A stretch of 52,807 nt of DNA from an uncultured Chlamydiae bacterium (lineage in GTDB: Bacteria > Chlamydiota > Chlamydiia > Chlamydiales > SM23-39): the NCBI GenBank assembly GCA_937899275.1, contig CALBPE010000113.1, positions 1 to 52,807 of the forward strand, in the 5' to 3' direction. How positions within the stretch are numbered: the first letter of the stretch is position 1; each line of letters begins with the position of its first letter. The notes under the pieces are model-generated. The model was not told the origin of the DNA. It ran no database searches and worked only from the letters and a program-made list of their open reading frames with translations. The position numbers were made by a program, and so were the translations under genes. Shown here piece by piece: positions 7,461-18,437 of the stretch.

Positions 7461-9695
7461 ATGAAAAAAAAATCGACGAAACCACAAGCTCGCCATACAG
7501 AATTGCAAGGAATCGCTCTTTTTTTCCTAGTGATTTCTCTTACGATTGCACTTGTAACCTACGTAGATCAAGACGCCTCTGCAAATTTTCTAGGGTTTTT
7601 AGGTCATAGCGCAGCGTTTACTCTTCTCTATTTTTTAGGACTTGGAAGCTATATTTTTGTCAGTTTTCTTTTTGTCATGGCGTCGCGCTATACGGTAAAT
7701 AAACCGCCTTTATCTAAGCGCTTTACGTTATCTTCAATCATGATCTGCATGAGCACCTGCTTTTTAGCTACAATTGTTGCAGATAGTTTTCCCAAAAAAG
7801 CCCCTCTTTTTGCAAAGAAGGTCTATGCGGAAAAAGCGGTATTTACCCAGCCTTATCTCAAAACCGTTGTTCGCTATAATCTTGGCGGCGTCCCATTTTA
7901 CTACGTATACACCGATTTTCCCTATGGAGGTGTAAAACAGCTTCTCAGCCCTTCGGGCGCTTTTTTTCTGTTCTCTTTTACACTGACTTTAGGAATTTTC
8001 ATCCTAACAAAAACGTCTTTACAAGATGTATATCAAGCCTGTAGGGCGCTTTTTTCTTTACTGATCCAGAAAAGAAAAAAACAACTGGAAAAACGGCAAG
8101 AACGCAAGACCATCAAGAGAAAAAAACCACAACCGAAAGAAGAAATCCCCCCCTTATACAAAAAACCCTCTCTTTTAAAAAGCGCGTATACCAAAGCAAT
8201 CCAAAAAAGAGCCTCTCCTACAGTAAAACCACTTATCCCCTCTTCTTTACCTTATAGCTATACTGTCCCTGAAGCGGGCCTACTCACCCCTTCAAAACCG
8301 GTAGATCAATCATTGCTAAAAAAAGACCTGCAAAAAAGAGCTGCGATACTAGAAGAGACGCTGCAAAATTTTCACATCGATGCCAAGGTAGGGCAGATTC
8401 ATGCAGGTCCTACCATCACCTCATTTGAAGTGGAGCCCCCTGTGGGAGTCAAAGTACAAAAAATCACCGCACTTGCTAGCAATATTGCGCTAAGCATGGA
8501 AGCTAAATCCATCAGGATACTAGCGCCTATTCCGGGTAAAGCTGCAGTAGGTATCGAAGTGCCTTCATTGACACCTCAAGAGGTAAGCTTCCGAGAGATG
8601 CTCGAACACTACCAGGAGAAAAATAGTAAGCGCTATCACATCCCGGTCATGCTGGGAAAAACAGTATTAGGAGATTATATTAGCGCAGATCTCACAAAAA
8701 TGCCTCACTGCTTGATTGCAGGCGCGACCGGCTCTGGAAAATCTGTTTGCATCAATACAATTGTGATGTCGATTTTGATGAATGCACGACCTGATGAAGT
8801 GAAAATGATCATGATCGACCCTAAAAAAGTGGAGCTGAGTCAATACTCTTGCCTTCCTCATATGATCGCTCCTGTCATTTCTGAATCCCACGGCGCTTAC
8901 GCAGCTTTACAGTGGCTAGTAAAAGAAATGCAGCTACGCTATGAGATCTTAAAACAGCTGAAATTACGCAATATCCATGCCTTCAACAAAAGAAAGCGCC
9001 ATCCTGAAGAAGAAAGCGCCCTTCCTATACCTATTCCCGACCATATGCCGTTTATTGTGGGTATCATTGATGAATTTGCCGATTTGATGATGGTATCAAG
9101 CGCCGATTTAGAAACGCCTATTGCCCGCACAGCGCAGACGGCACGGGCCTGAGGCATCCATCTGATCCTAGCCACGCAGCGCCCTTCAAGAGAAGCGATT
9201 ACAGGTATCATCAAAGCAAATTTCCCCACAAGAATCGCATTTAAAGTATCGAATAGAACCAACTCACAGATCATCATCGATGAAACAGGCGCAGATCAAC
9301 TTGTAGGAAATGGCGATCTTCTTTTCAACCCCCCTGGCACCTCCCACTTTATCAGGGCGCAAGGAGCGTATATTTCTGATCAAGATATCAATCTTGTAAT
9401 CGATACCATTACCCGTCAAGCTCCTACCGAGTATTTGATCCCTTCATTTGATACAATGCAAAAAGAAGAGGGAGAAAACCGCGGTAAAAGTGATGCGTTA
9501 TACGATCAAGCTTTAGATGTTGTTCTCGCTTCAAAATCAGCTTCTACTACCTACCTACAAAGAAAGCTAAAGATTGGTTACGCAAGAGCTGCTTCTTTAA
9601 TGGATGAATTAGAAGAAAATGGCGTTGTGGGCCCGCAAGATGGCGCAAGACCAAGAAAAGTTCTTAGATCGCATGAATCGTTTTCAAATCCGTAG
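7461..9695 (+). CDS. ftsK: DNA translocase FtsK, with an in-frame TGA at 9150-9152
   Basis: N-terminal TMs, PHCLIAGATGSGKS Walker A, IIDEFADLM Walker B; the frame continues past the stop as GIHLILATQRPS...ANFPTRIAF...GNGDLL into the gamma domain LQRKLKIGYARAASLMDELE (ORF 9435..9695 is in the same frame). Confidence 0.92.
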
Positions 9696-10473
9696 CTTTT
9701 GCAAAGAAAAAAGGCGTAGAAACAGCATCTTGATTTGCAATGAAAATCGGGATATCTGCGCGTAAACAGCGCAATTTTCCCTCTACTTTTTCTAAAGCCT
9801 TTTCTCTTGTATTGCACTCAGAAGAAAGGTGCGCAAGATACACCGCTTTCAGATCTTTATGGTATAACTCAGCTAAAAACTCGGCAGCAGCTTCATTTGA
9901 AAGGTGGCCTTGACTTCCTAAAACACGGGTTTTATACACACTAGGCCTACTCGATTGTTGGACGAGTAAAGGGTCGTGATTTGCCTCTACATACAAAAGA
10001 TCGCAGTACTGTAGTTTTTTTTTCGCTAAACTCGGCACAAAACCAAGATCAGTGCAAATACCTAATTGGAGCTCTCCAACTTTTAGACGAAGAGCAATAG
10101 GGTCTAATGTATCATGAGGAATAGTAAACGGATCTACCTCGATATCTTTATAAGAAAAACGCTCCCCTGTAGAAAAAATCTTACATTTTGGAATAAAGTG
10201 CAGCGCCTGATAGATGCCTTTTGCCGTCTCTCCATTACAAAAAATGGGGATACGCATCTTTTGATTTAGGTAGCGCAAAGAAGCAATATGATCGGTATGT
10301 TCATGCGTGACAATCACCCCTTCGACTTGGTCTAAATCCAGATCTACAGCTTGCATGCGCATGCGTAGCTGTTTTGCTGAAATGCCCGCATCCACAAGTA
10401 AAAGCGTCTCTTCGCTTTTAATAGCAATAGAGTTTCCTTTTGATCCCGAAGCAAGTGGGTAAAATCCGTTCAT
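9664..10473 (-). CDS. Metallo-beta-lactamase-fold hydrolase (YycJ/WalJ-like)
   Basis: LASGSKGN, THEHTDH, PHD, TDLG, EANHD, GHLSN, LAHLS motifs; convergent on ftsK as recalled for Chlamydia. Confidence 0.9.
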   Translation of the reverse strand: MNGFYPLASGSKGNSIAIKSEETLLLVDAGISAKQLRMRMQAVDLDLDQVEGVIVTHEHTDHIASLRYLNQKMRIPIFCNGETAKGIYQALHFIPKCKIFSTGERFSYKDIEVDPFTIPHDTLDPIALRLKVGELQLGICTDLGFVPSLAKKKLQYCDLLYVEANHDPLLVQQSSRPSVYKTRVLGSQGHLSNEAAAEFLAELYHKDLKAVYLAHLSSECNTREKALEKVEGKLRCLRADIPIFIANQDAVSTPFFFAKATDLKTIHAI

Positions 10474-10502
10474 ATAATCTCATGTAGCTACTGGTATAGT
10501 AG

Positions 10503-10545
10503 CAAAGAAACTGAAAAAAATCGTACGATTTTTTCAGTTTCTTTG
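10503..10545. repeat. 43-bp near-perfect palindrome in a divergent intergenic region
   Basis: caaagaaactg-A7-tcgt|acga-T6-cagtttctttg. Confidence 0.9.
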
Positions 10546-10674
10546 TGAGATGTTTTAGAGATATATATTTTATTTATTAGCCGTTTCAAATCAACAGTAG
10601 TATCAATAGATATTGACAAATAAACAAGAAAACAAATTAAATGAAAAAGAGTAACTGACTATGGGGTTAACAAG

Positions 10675-11040
10675 GTGTTAGGAGAAGACTTATTATTAGA
10701 AATTGACCACACTATAGACAAGCTGATTGAAAATGCAGAAGCTATGCAAGGAAAGGACTTATCGTCTTTAGAAAGTAGGTTATTAGAAAATACCCAAGAA
10801 AGCCTACTTGCACATATGCTGCATGCAGATGAAAAGCTTGCAGAAAAACGGATCAAACTGAAAAAACCGCATCCGAAAAGCGCTCGCTATCAAATTCAAG
10901 AAAAGTTATTTCGCTTTGCCAAGCTCAATGGCGATTTAGTGAAAAATCTTCCTGGAAAAATTGGAATAGAGAAAAGAAGAATGAGAAAACCTAGGCGAAA
11001 AACAGAGGTAGCTGAAAAAAGCAGCCTAAAAAAAGCGTGA
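10675..11040 (+). CDS. Hypothetical protein (helical, basic C-terminus)
   Basis: 121-aa ORF filling the gap, protein-like composition; no family recognised. Confidence 0.7.
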   Translation: MLGEDLLLEIDHTIDKLIENAEAMQGKDLSSLESRLLENTQESLLAHMLHADEKLAEKRIKLKKPHPKSARYQIQEKLFRFAKLNGDLVKNLPGKIGIEKRRMRKPRRKTEVAEKSSLKKA

Positions 11041-11045
11041 TCTAT

Positions 11046-13106
11046 TCAATAAGCGTAAAGATCGCGCAGCGCTTTTTCAATCGTCGGTTTTTGTGGAAGC
11101 ATCGCATCTTCTAACCCTTTGGCGTAAGGTACAGGGATATGAAGATCGCCTAATCTTTGAATAGGGGCATCTAAATAGTGGAAATCTTTTTCCGTTACTC
11201 TCGCGGCAATTTCTGCGCCAAATCCAGCAAATAGACTCGCCTCTTGTAGAATCAATAGTTTACCCGTTTTTCTAACCGAAGAAGAAATCAACGCTTCATC
11301 TAAAGGAACAAGCGTTCTTAAGTCGATTAGCTCTACCTGAATTCCTTCATTGGCAAGTTTTTGTACTACATCAAAAGCCATCATCACCATAGCTCCATAG
11401 GTTACTACAGTAAGATCACTTCCTTCAGCTACCACTTTTGCCTTTCCAAAAGGCAAAAGCTCTTCAGAAGACGGCTCTTTTCTAGCGGCAAATACCCTTT
11501 GTCTATATAGCGTTTTATGCTCTAAGAAAATGACGGGATTGGGATCTCTTATCGCAGTTTTTAATAGACGCTTTGCATCTGCCGCGTTACTCGGAATCAC
11601 TACTTTCAGACCAGGACAATGGGCTAAAAATGCTTCATTTCTTTGCGAGTGGTAAGGCCCTCCTTGGATATAAGCGCCGTAGGGCATGCGGATTGTAACA
11701 GGGCAGTTCCACACACCATTTGAGCGGTAGTAGATACTGGAAAGCTCGTTGAATAACTGGTTGATACCAGTCCAAGAGTAGTCACAAAACTGCACTTCTG
11801 CAACAGGCTTATGCGCAAGAGAAAATGAAAGGCCAATTGCAAGGCCAATAATCGTAGACTCTGCAAGAGGTGTATTAAAGCAGCGCATTTTACCAAAAAG
11901 TTCTGTCAGTTGTTTGGTAACGCCAAAAACGCCGCCTTTACCTCCAGCTACATCTTGGCCAAATACTACAACAGAAGGATCGGTTTCCATCTCTTCGATG
12001 AGCGCGTTATTTAAAGCGTCCATCATAACCACGTCTTCTCCCCGCTTTTTTTCTCCAGATACAGGCATAAAGTCTTTAAATAAAAACTGTGTAACCGTCT
12101 CTGGTTTTGGCGGGGAAAGATTCTCTGCTTTTTCGGCAGCTTCATTCACAGCTTTTTTGCAGGCATTTTCCCAAGATTCCAGCTCTTTTTTAGAAAATTA
12201 AGAGTTTTCTAAAAGCCTAGATTGAAAACGGAGAAGAGGATCTTTTAAAAGATCTTGCGCATGCTCTTGATCGGTTTTGTATTTTTGAGGATTATCTGAA
12301 CTTGAATGCGCTCCAATCCGGGGAATTTTCGCTACAATGACGCTGGGGCCTTTACAAGTCCGCGCTTTATCTACTGCTGCGTTCAACGCAGCTGCCGTAT
12401 CTATATAGTCGGTGCCATCACACACCTCGACTAAAAGGCCGGGATATCCAGATGCTATTTTACTGATGCACCCACCTGCTGTTTGTTCTTTTGAAGGGAC
12501 AGAAATGGCCCAGCCATTATCTTGAATCACAAAAACAATCGGCAACTGATGAAGGCAAGAAAAATTCAGCGCTTCGTGGAAGTCTCCCTGCGACGTTCCC
12601 CCTTCTCCGGAAGAGACGTACACCACTTCATTGGTTTTACGCAGTTTGCAAGAAAAAGCGCAGCCTACCGCTTGCAAAAACTGCGAGCCGACGCAGCTAG
12701 ATTGTACAGGAACGCGAAGGGGTTTATGGGAGAAATGATCTGGCATCATTCTTCCAGAAGAATGATGGGGCGCATCTTTTGCTAAAAACGCCGCAAAAAG
12801 CTCTTCTAAAGAAGAGCCCAGCTCAAAAGCAAAGGCGCGGTCTCTATAATAGGGAAACGCCCAATCCTTACCAGGTGTTAACGCTTGAGCCGCGAGAATT
12901 CCGATTAACTCATGGCCCCGAGTATCTAAATGAATCACTCCGCCTTTACTTTGCCTTACCAGCTTAGCCATTTTGTTATTCATAAAACGGGTGAAGTAAA
13001 GAGACTTCATCGTTTTTTCTAAAACAGATGGCACTACGTAAAGGTTTTCTGTTTTTCTACTCTTAGCTACTTTGTCAGTTTTTGAGGTAGGAATAGAAAG
13101 ATCCAT
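11046..13106 (-). CDS. Fused 2-oxoacid (branched-chain type) dehydrogenase E1 alpha/beta, with an in-frame TAA at 12198-12200
   Basis: Alpha part: GHE, YYRD, GEGGTSQGDFHEALN...QDNGWAIS, HSSSD. Beta part: FGQDVAGGKGGVF, NTPLAE, AEVQF, GGPYHSQ. The two ORFs are in frame (LENS*FSKKELESWENACKKAVNEAAEKA), as in the fused chlamydial enzyme. Confidence 0.9.
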
Positions 13107-13109
13107 AAA

Positions 13110-14216
13110 TTACGATTTTTTCTTTTTGATTTGGGTCACTTTTTTAATGGAAAACTTTTTCCGTTTTTTCTTAGCATACTCAGCATCATCAGAAGATGTT
13201 CCTTTTTTCTTGGGTAACACCTCTTGAATTGCCGTATCCAGCTTCGGCTCTTGATCTGCATGCACAGAAAACTCTGAGTCCCTTTTGAATTTAGGCTGCG
13301 TAAACGATGGGAAATGGGATTTTTCTTTCATTGGGAGCTTGCTTGAAAGCAGCTTGAGCGACTCTAGACGCTGCGAAAGCGCTTCTAAACGCTCATCGAC
13401 TTTAATTTTTTCCGATCCTCTAAGACTTGCGAGAAGCTGCTCTTCTGTTTCAAATTTTGCAGAAAAGGTGACCGATGAAGCGCCTCTAATATCGGGTAGG
13501 TATATAAAATGGCGGACAGGATAAGGAACGGTGGTGTAAATATCGACGGTCAACTGCGGTTCGATTTCTACTTTAGCTACTTGTTTTGGAGGCCTTCCCC
13601 TTTTCGGACGAGGGTTTAGCGCTTCATTTGAATAATAGGTTTTTGCTTTTTGACCAAGCATCGTTCTTGCATTCACCACTTCTTTAGGAGCTTTTTTCTC
13701 AAAGAGGTAGCGTTTGAGTTTTTCCATCACCGGCTTTGTGACATCTAAATCTTCTTCAAATACGAAATGCACCTCTTCAGAGCGGAGCCATTCAATGATG
13801 AGTATGCGCGATCTTTCTTGATAAAACTGCTGCCATTTTTCCAGTTCAGTTAAATGATCGTAGATAAATTCTAAGAAATTTTCCCGCGCTTCTTTTCCCG
13901 CAATGATATCGACAAGTTTTTCTTTTGTATCGATATCGTAGACTTTATCGTTCACAAATCCTTCCATAATTTTTTTGACCTCGTAAAAGGTCATTTTAGG
14001 GATCAGCAAATAACGATCTTTATGCTCTTGTAATTCTTTGAAAAGGGATTGGAGCTCCCCTTCCTCTTTATCAAGATCAACATAGACTAAAAACCCTTCG
14101 ACTCGATCGAGATAAAAATCCCTTTCATCATCTGATTTCGCAAAAGCGTCCATCAAACGATTGTAACTTAAGATAAGGGGACTCTGAGCTTGTGGATAAG
14201 ACATATAAGGATTCAT
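13110..14216 (-). CDS. UPF0158-family protein (Chlamydia CT429-like)
   Basis: RLMDAFAKSDDERDFYLDRVEGF, LIPKMTFYE and YYSNEALNPRPKRGRPPKQ recalled from the chlamydial UPF0158 protein. Confidence 0.8.
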   Translation of the reverse strand: MNPYMSYPQAQSPLILSYNRLMDAFAKSDDERDFYLDRVEGFLVYVDLDKEEGELQSLFKELQEHKDRYLLIPKMTFYEVKKIMEGFVNDKVYDIDTKEKLVDIIAGKEARENFLEFIYDHLTELEKWQQFYQERSRILIIEWLRSEEVHFVFEEDLDVTKPVMEKLKRYLFEKKAPKEVVNARTMLGQKAKTYYSNEALNPRPKRGRPPKQVAKVEIEPQLTVDIYTTVPYPVRHFIYLPDIRGASSVTFSAKFETEEQLLASLRGSEKIKVDERLEALSQRLESLKLLSSKLPMKEKSHFPSFTQPKFKRDSEFSVHADQEPKLDTAIQEVLPKKKGTSSDDAEYAKKKRKKFSIKKVTQIKKKKS

Positions 14217-14283
14217 TCGGGTTATATTTGACTCATTTAACAGGTTAACAGATTTTGTTCTGGCTTTTCAAGAACTATGTAGG

Positions 14284-14313
14284 TTGACGAAATGTAGAAA
14301 AACCTTCTATGAT
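14284..14313 (+). promoter_or_regulatory. sigma66/70-type promoter for serS
   Basis: TTGACG-18 nt-TATGAT, 33 nt upstream of the ATG at 14347. Confidence 0.55.
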
Positions 14314-14346
14314 TTTGTCTATTCGTATGTATTGGTTTTCTATATT

Positions 14347-15606
14347 ATGCTAGATATTTCTTTAATCCGAAACAATCCTCAAGAAGTCACAAAAAAGCTC
14401 CAGGGCAAAATCCCTTCGATTGACCTATCCCCTCTTCTCACCCTAGATCAAAAGCTTAGAGAAAACATCACTGCTTTAGAACAGCGCAAACACGAGCAAA
14501 ACGCTGCATCAAAACAGATTGGCGAGAAAAAAAGACAGCATCAGCCTGTAGAAAAAGAGATGGAAGAAATGAAAGCTTTACGCGCAGAAATCTCTTCTGT
14601 ACAAGAACGGGTAAATCTTCTTAGAAAAGAATTTGAAACCGAGCTTTTCTCCCTTCCAAATCTTCCCGATGACTGCGTGCCTTTTGCTTTAGATCCCAAG
14701 CAAAATGTGTGTGTAAAACGCGTAGGAGAAAAACCGACACTTTCCTTTCCGATTAAAAATCACATCGAGCTAGGAGAAATAAACGACCTATTTGACTTCA
14801 AAGCAAGCGCAAAAATCACCGGCTCCAACTGGCCTATGTACCGAGGTTTGGGAGCCCGCCTAGAGCGCGCTTTACTGCAATATATGCTAGATACCCACTA
14901 CAAAAATGGATTTATTGAAATCTCTCCTCCCCTTTTAGTCAACACGGCAACGATGTTTGGAGCAGGTCAACTGCCAAAATTTAAAGATCAGCTTTTCTCT
15001 TTAAACGATCCCGACTTTCCCCTGCATTTAATTCCTACAGCCGAAGTGCCTTTAAACGGCATCCATCAAGGAGAGATCTTAACAAAAACTCCTTATCTAT
15101 ACACTGCTTACACCCCTTGTTTTCGCAGGGAAGCAGGCGCATTAGGCCGCCAAGAACGGGGCCTTATTCGGATGCACCAGTTCAATAAAGTAGAACTATT
15201 TGCCGTCTGCCACCCTGAAGAAAGCGATGCGATCTTTCAAAAAATGCTCGATTCTGCAGAGGAAGTGTTGCAAGGCCTGGGCCTACATTACCAAAATATG
15301 CTGCTTGTTAGCGGCGATCTTTCTTTTTCTGCTAGAAAAACCATTGATATTGAAGTGTATCTACCAGCACAAAACGCATATTACGAAGCCTCTTCGGTAT
15401 CTTCTTGCGGAGATTTCCAAGCAAGACGCGCAAAAATACGCATCCGCGGCAAAGAGGGGCTTACGGTAGCCCATACGCTCAACGGCTCGCGACTTGCAAC
15501 ATCGCGCCTGATGGTCTCTCTTATAGAAACGTATCAAAAAGAAGACGGCTCAATCGATATCCCTGAAGTTCTGCGCCCTTATCTTTCCTCTTACTCGTTT
15601 ACATAG
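14347..15606 (+). CDS. serS: Serine--tRNA ligase
   Basis: MLDISLIR start, GQLPKF, LIPTAEVPL, FRREAG, GLIRMHQFNKVE, HTLNGS motifs. Confidence 0.97.
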   Translation: MLDISLIRNNPQEVTKKLQGKIPSIDLSPLLTLDQKLRENITALEQRKHEQNAASKQIGEKKRQHQPVEKEMEEMKALRAEISSVQERVNLLRKEFETELFSLPNLPDDCVPFALDPKQNVCVKRVGEKPTLSFPIKNHIELGEINDLFDFKASAKITGSNWPMYRGLGARLERALLQYMLDTHYKNGFIEISPPLLVNTATMFGAGQLPKFKDQLFSLNDPDFPLHLIPTAEVPLNGIHQGEILTKTPYLYTAYTPCFRREAGALGRQERGLIRMHQFNKVELFAVCHPEESDAIFQKMLDSAEEVLQGLGLHYQNMLLVSGDLSFSARKTIDIEVYLPAQNAYYEASSVSSCGDFQARRAKIRIRGKEGLTVAHTLNGSRLATSRLMVSLIETYQKEDGSIDIPEVLRPYLSSYSFT

Positions 15607-15614
15607 GCGTATCG

Positions 15615-16358
15615 ATGCCAGAAAAAAAGCACCTACATTTTGAAGGAAAATCAAGTCTAGAGCATCTAATTGATGCGAGGCAAAAAGGTGCAGCTTTTGA
15701 TCAAGAGGTGCACGGATCTGAGCTTACAGGATATAAAGCCGCTTTTTTTCATGCTGCTAAAGAAAGCTCTATGCTACTAGTCATAGCGCTTTCTTTCCTC
15801 ACTACTGGCCCCTATTTCCCAGTAGAATTCTTTGCAATATACATCTTATACACCCTTTGGAAAGTCAGCTACGCATCTTTACAAGGGTTTGCAAAACTAG
15901 AACGTTTACACCAGATCATTGAACAAGAAAGGTGGGAGATCACACACCATAGAGAGCAAGAAAAAGAAGAGCTCTACGAGTTATACCGAGCAAAAGGATT
16001 TTCTGGTCAGCTTTTAGAAGATAGCATCACAACGCTTATGAGCGATGATAATCGGCTGTTAGAGGTGATGTTACAAGAAGAAATCGGGCTAAAAATCGGT
16101 CAATATGAACATCCCATCAAAGCATCTATCGGCGCTTTTTTCGGCTGCTTACTCCCCTTCACTCTATTTTTCATCTACCCGGCTCTAGGCGCATTTTCTG
16201 CCTTCTTGATGATGAGCGCTTCTTTATTTTCTCTTGGATACATCGAATCGAAACTGGAAAAAACTCCTTGGATGACCAAAACGTTTTGGCTTACCTCAAT
16301 TGGGGTAACGCTTTTTTTCTCGTCCCATTTTTTACTGCGATTTTTCAGCGGAGAATAA
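15615..16358 (+). CDS. VIT1/CCC1-family membrane protein
   Basis: EQERWEI...EKEELYELYRAKGFSG...MLQEEIG acidic cytoplasmic segment flanked by TMs; lies between serS and the P-type ATPase as recalled for Chlamydia. Confidence 0.75.
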   Translation: MPEKKHLHFEGKSSLEHLIDARQKGAAFDQEVHGSELTGYKAAFFHAAKESSMLLVIALSFLTTGPYFPVEFFAIYILYTLWKVSYASLQGFAKLERLHQIIEQERWEITHHREQEKEELYELYRAKGFSGQLLEDSITTLMSDDNRLLEVMLQEEIGLKIGQYEHPIKASIGAFFGCLLPFTLFFIYPALGAFSAFLMMSASLFSLGYIESKLEKTPWMTKTFWLTSIGVTLFFSSHFLLRFFSGE

Positions 16359-16361
16359 CCT

Positions 16362-18305
16362 ATGGCCCCTTACGCTTTCAATGCGTTTTTCTCCTCAGGA
16401 ATGAGCGATGCAGTAAGCCCTTTTTTGACCAATAGCTCAAAAAAATGGGCTACAAACTTTGCTCTGAAAAAAGCGCTTCTTACCGCAGGCTTATTGCTTC
16501 TTTCTTTTCTCTTTTCTTTTTATGATCATAACCTTGCCTACTTTTCTCTATCCTTTGTCTACCTTTTAAGCGGCACAGGAGCTATTTTAGGCGCTTTTGA
16601 AGATGGAAAAAATCTTGAAATCAACATCGATACGTTGATGATGATGGCTGCATTTTTATCCCTCTTCATCGGATCGGGGTTTGAAGGAGGGCTTCTTCTC
16701 GTCTTATTTGAGCTTTCTGGTTCCATGGAAGAATCGGTGATCAATAAAGCCAATAGCGCTCTTAGAGACCTGCAAAAAATCTCCCCTGAAAAAGCGCTTG
16801 TTGTAGAAGAAGGCAGACCTCTTAAAGAAGTATCTGTTCAAGATATTTCTCTTGGCACAAAAATCCTTGTGAAATCAGGTGAATACGTCCCTTTAGATGG
16901 TGTGATTGTGGAAGGAAGCTCTTTATTTGATCTCTCGCATATTACAGGAGAAAGCCTCCCCATCCGAAAAAACGCAGAAGAAGAAGTGCCTGCTGGAGCA
17001 AAAAACACCCACCAAGCAGTTGTTTTAACGGTCAAAAAAACCTCTACAGAATCTACATTAAAAAAAATCATCGATTTGATCGATCAAGCAAAAGAGCAAA
17101 AACCGCGCATCCAAACAGCAATCGACCGCTTTGGAAAAAAATACGCTAGCTGCGTGATGATCAGCTCCGCTCTTTTAAGTATCTTTTTGCCTCTATTTTT
17201 CTCCCTTCCTTACTGGGGAGTAGAAGGATCGATTTACCGCGCATTGACCTTTTTAATTACCGCATCACCTTGCGCGTTGATCATAGGTGCACCTACCGCT
17301 TACTTAGCAGCCGTATCTTCCTGCGCTAAAAAAGGAATTTTATTAAAGGGAGGCTCCGTATTAGACGCTCTGACCCGCTGTCAGCATATCTGTTTTGATA
17401 AAACAGGTACGCTTACCTCAGGGCAGTTATCGTTAAAAAACGTGACTCTACTCCAAGGTGATTTTCCTGTAGAAAAAGCGCTTGCGATCGCAAAAAGCTT
17501 AGAAAGACACGTTTCTCACCCGCTTGCCTCTGCTGTTGAAAAATACACCTAAAACTTTCCAGTATATCCAGTAGAAAACTTTTCAAGCAGTATAGGGCAA
17601 GGCGTTTCAGGAACAATAGAGATCGAAGGTATCAAATACCACGCCCGCATAGGAAGTAAAAGCTTCATGCAAAAAAAACTTCCCTCTTTTATCGCTTCCT
17701 CTCTTACAAGATCTGAGGCATTTTTACATATTGGCGATGCACTTTTTGTCCTACACTTTGAAGATGAAATCCGAAAAGAAGCATATACTTTAGTTAAAGA
17801 GCTGCAAGAGCAAGAGCAGATTTTTCCTGTCATTCTGACAGGAGACCATGAAAAAGCGGCGCTTTCTGTAGCAAAAAAACTTTCTATTACCGAAATATTT
17901 TTCAACCTTCTTCCTGAAGAAAAGCTCGATCTTGTAGCAAAACTCTCCCTAGAAAAAGGGCTCATTATGGTAGGAGATGGAATGAATGACGCCCCTTCTT
18001 TAGCGCGAGCAACTGTGGGCATTTCTCTTGGCATTACCGGCTCTGGAGCAGCGATTCAAGCATCTGATGTCGTTCTTCTTTCAGATGCCCTTAAAGAGAT
18101 CCGCTGGCTTTTACAAAAATCGCGGCAATCTGTACGGGTAATTCGGCAAAATGTCGTTCTAGCAGTATCTACTATTGTGATCGCAAGTAGCTTTGCTCTA
18201 GCTGGCATGATGCCTTTATGGCTTTCTGTGATTCTACATGAAGGCGGCACGGTAGCTGTAGGCTTAAATAGCCTGCGGCTACTTAGAAGAAACAAGACCG
18301 TTTAA
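16362..18305 (+). CDS. Heavy-metal P1B-type ATPase (SPC/HEGGT, P1B-4-like), with an in-frame TAA at 17550-17552
   Basis: TGES, SPC, DKTGT and HP in the first ORF; TGD, GDGMNDAP and HEGGT in the in-frame second ORF; the linker is open after the stop (KYT*NFPVYPVENFSSSIGQGVSG). Confidence 0.9.
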
Positions 18306-18403
18306 CTGACCTTCTCTTTTGCCCCGCTTCTACAAGCACCTGCAGCAACTCTCTTTTTCTAAAAAAATTAAATCCCTAATTATTAATTGTTTATAATTTA
18401 AAT

Positions 18404-18430
18404 TCAGCAATCAACACCTCCAATTGCTAA
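18404..18430 (+). promoter_or_regulatory. CIRCE operator (HrcA site)
   Basis: TCAGCAATC-N9-AATTGCTAA versus consensus TTAGCACTC-N9-GAGTGCTAA, directly upstream of the hrcA promoter. Confidence 0.85.
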
Positions 18431-18437
18431 AAAATAG

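Noticed and set aside
9435-9695. Separate small FtsK-gamma protein
   Set aside because: In frame with ftsK and continuous after the single TGA.
14284-14346. TTG-initiated N-terminal extension of SerS
   Set aside because: The TTG is part of the -35 box; the family start is MLDI at 14347.
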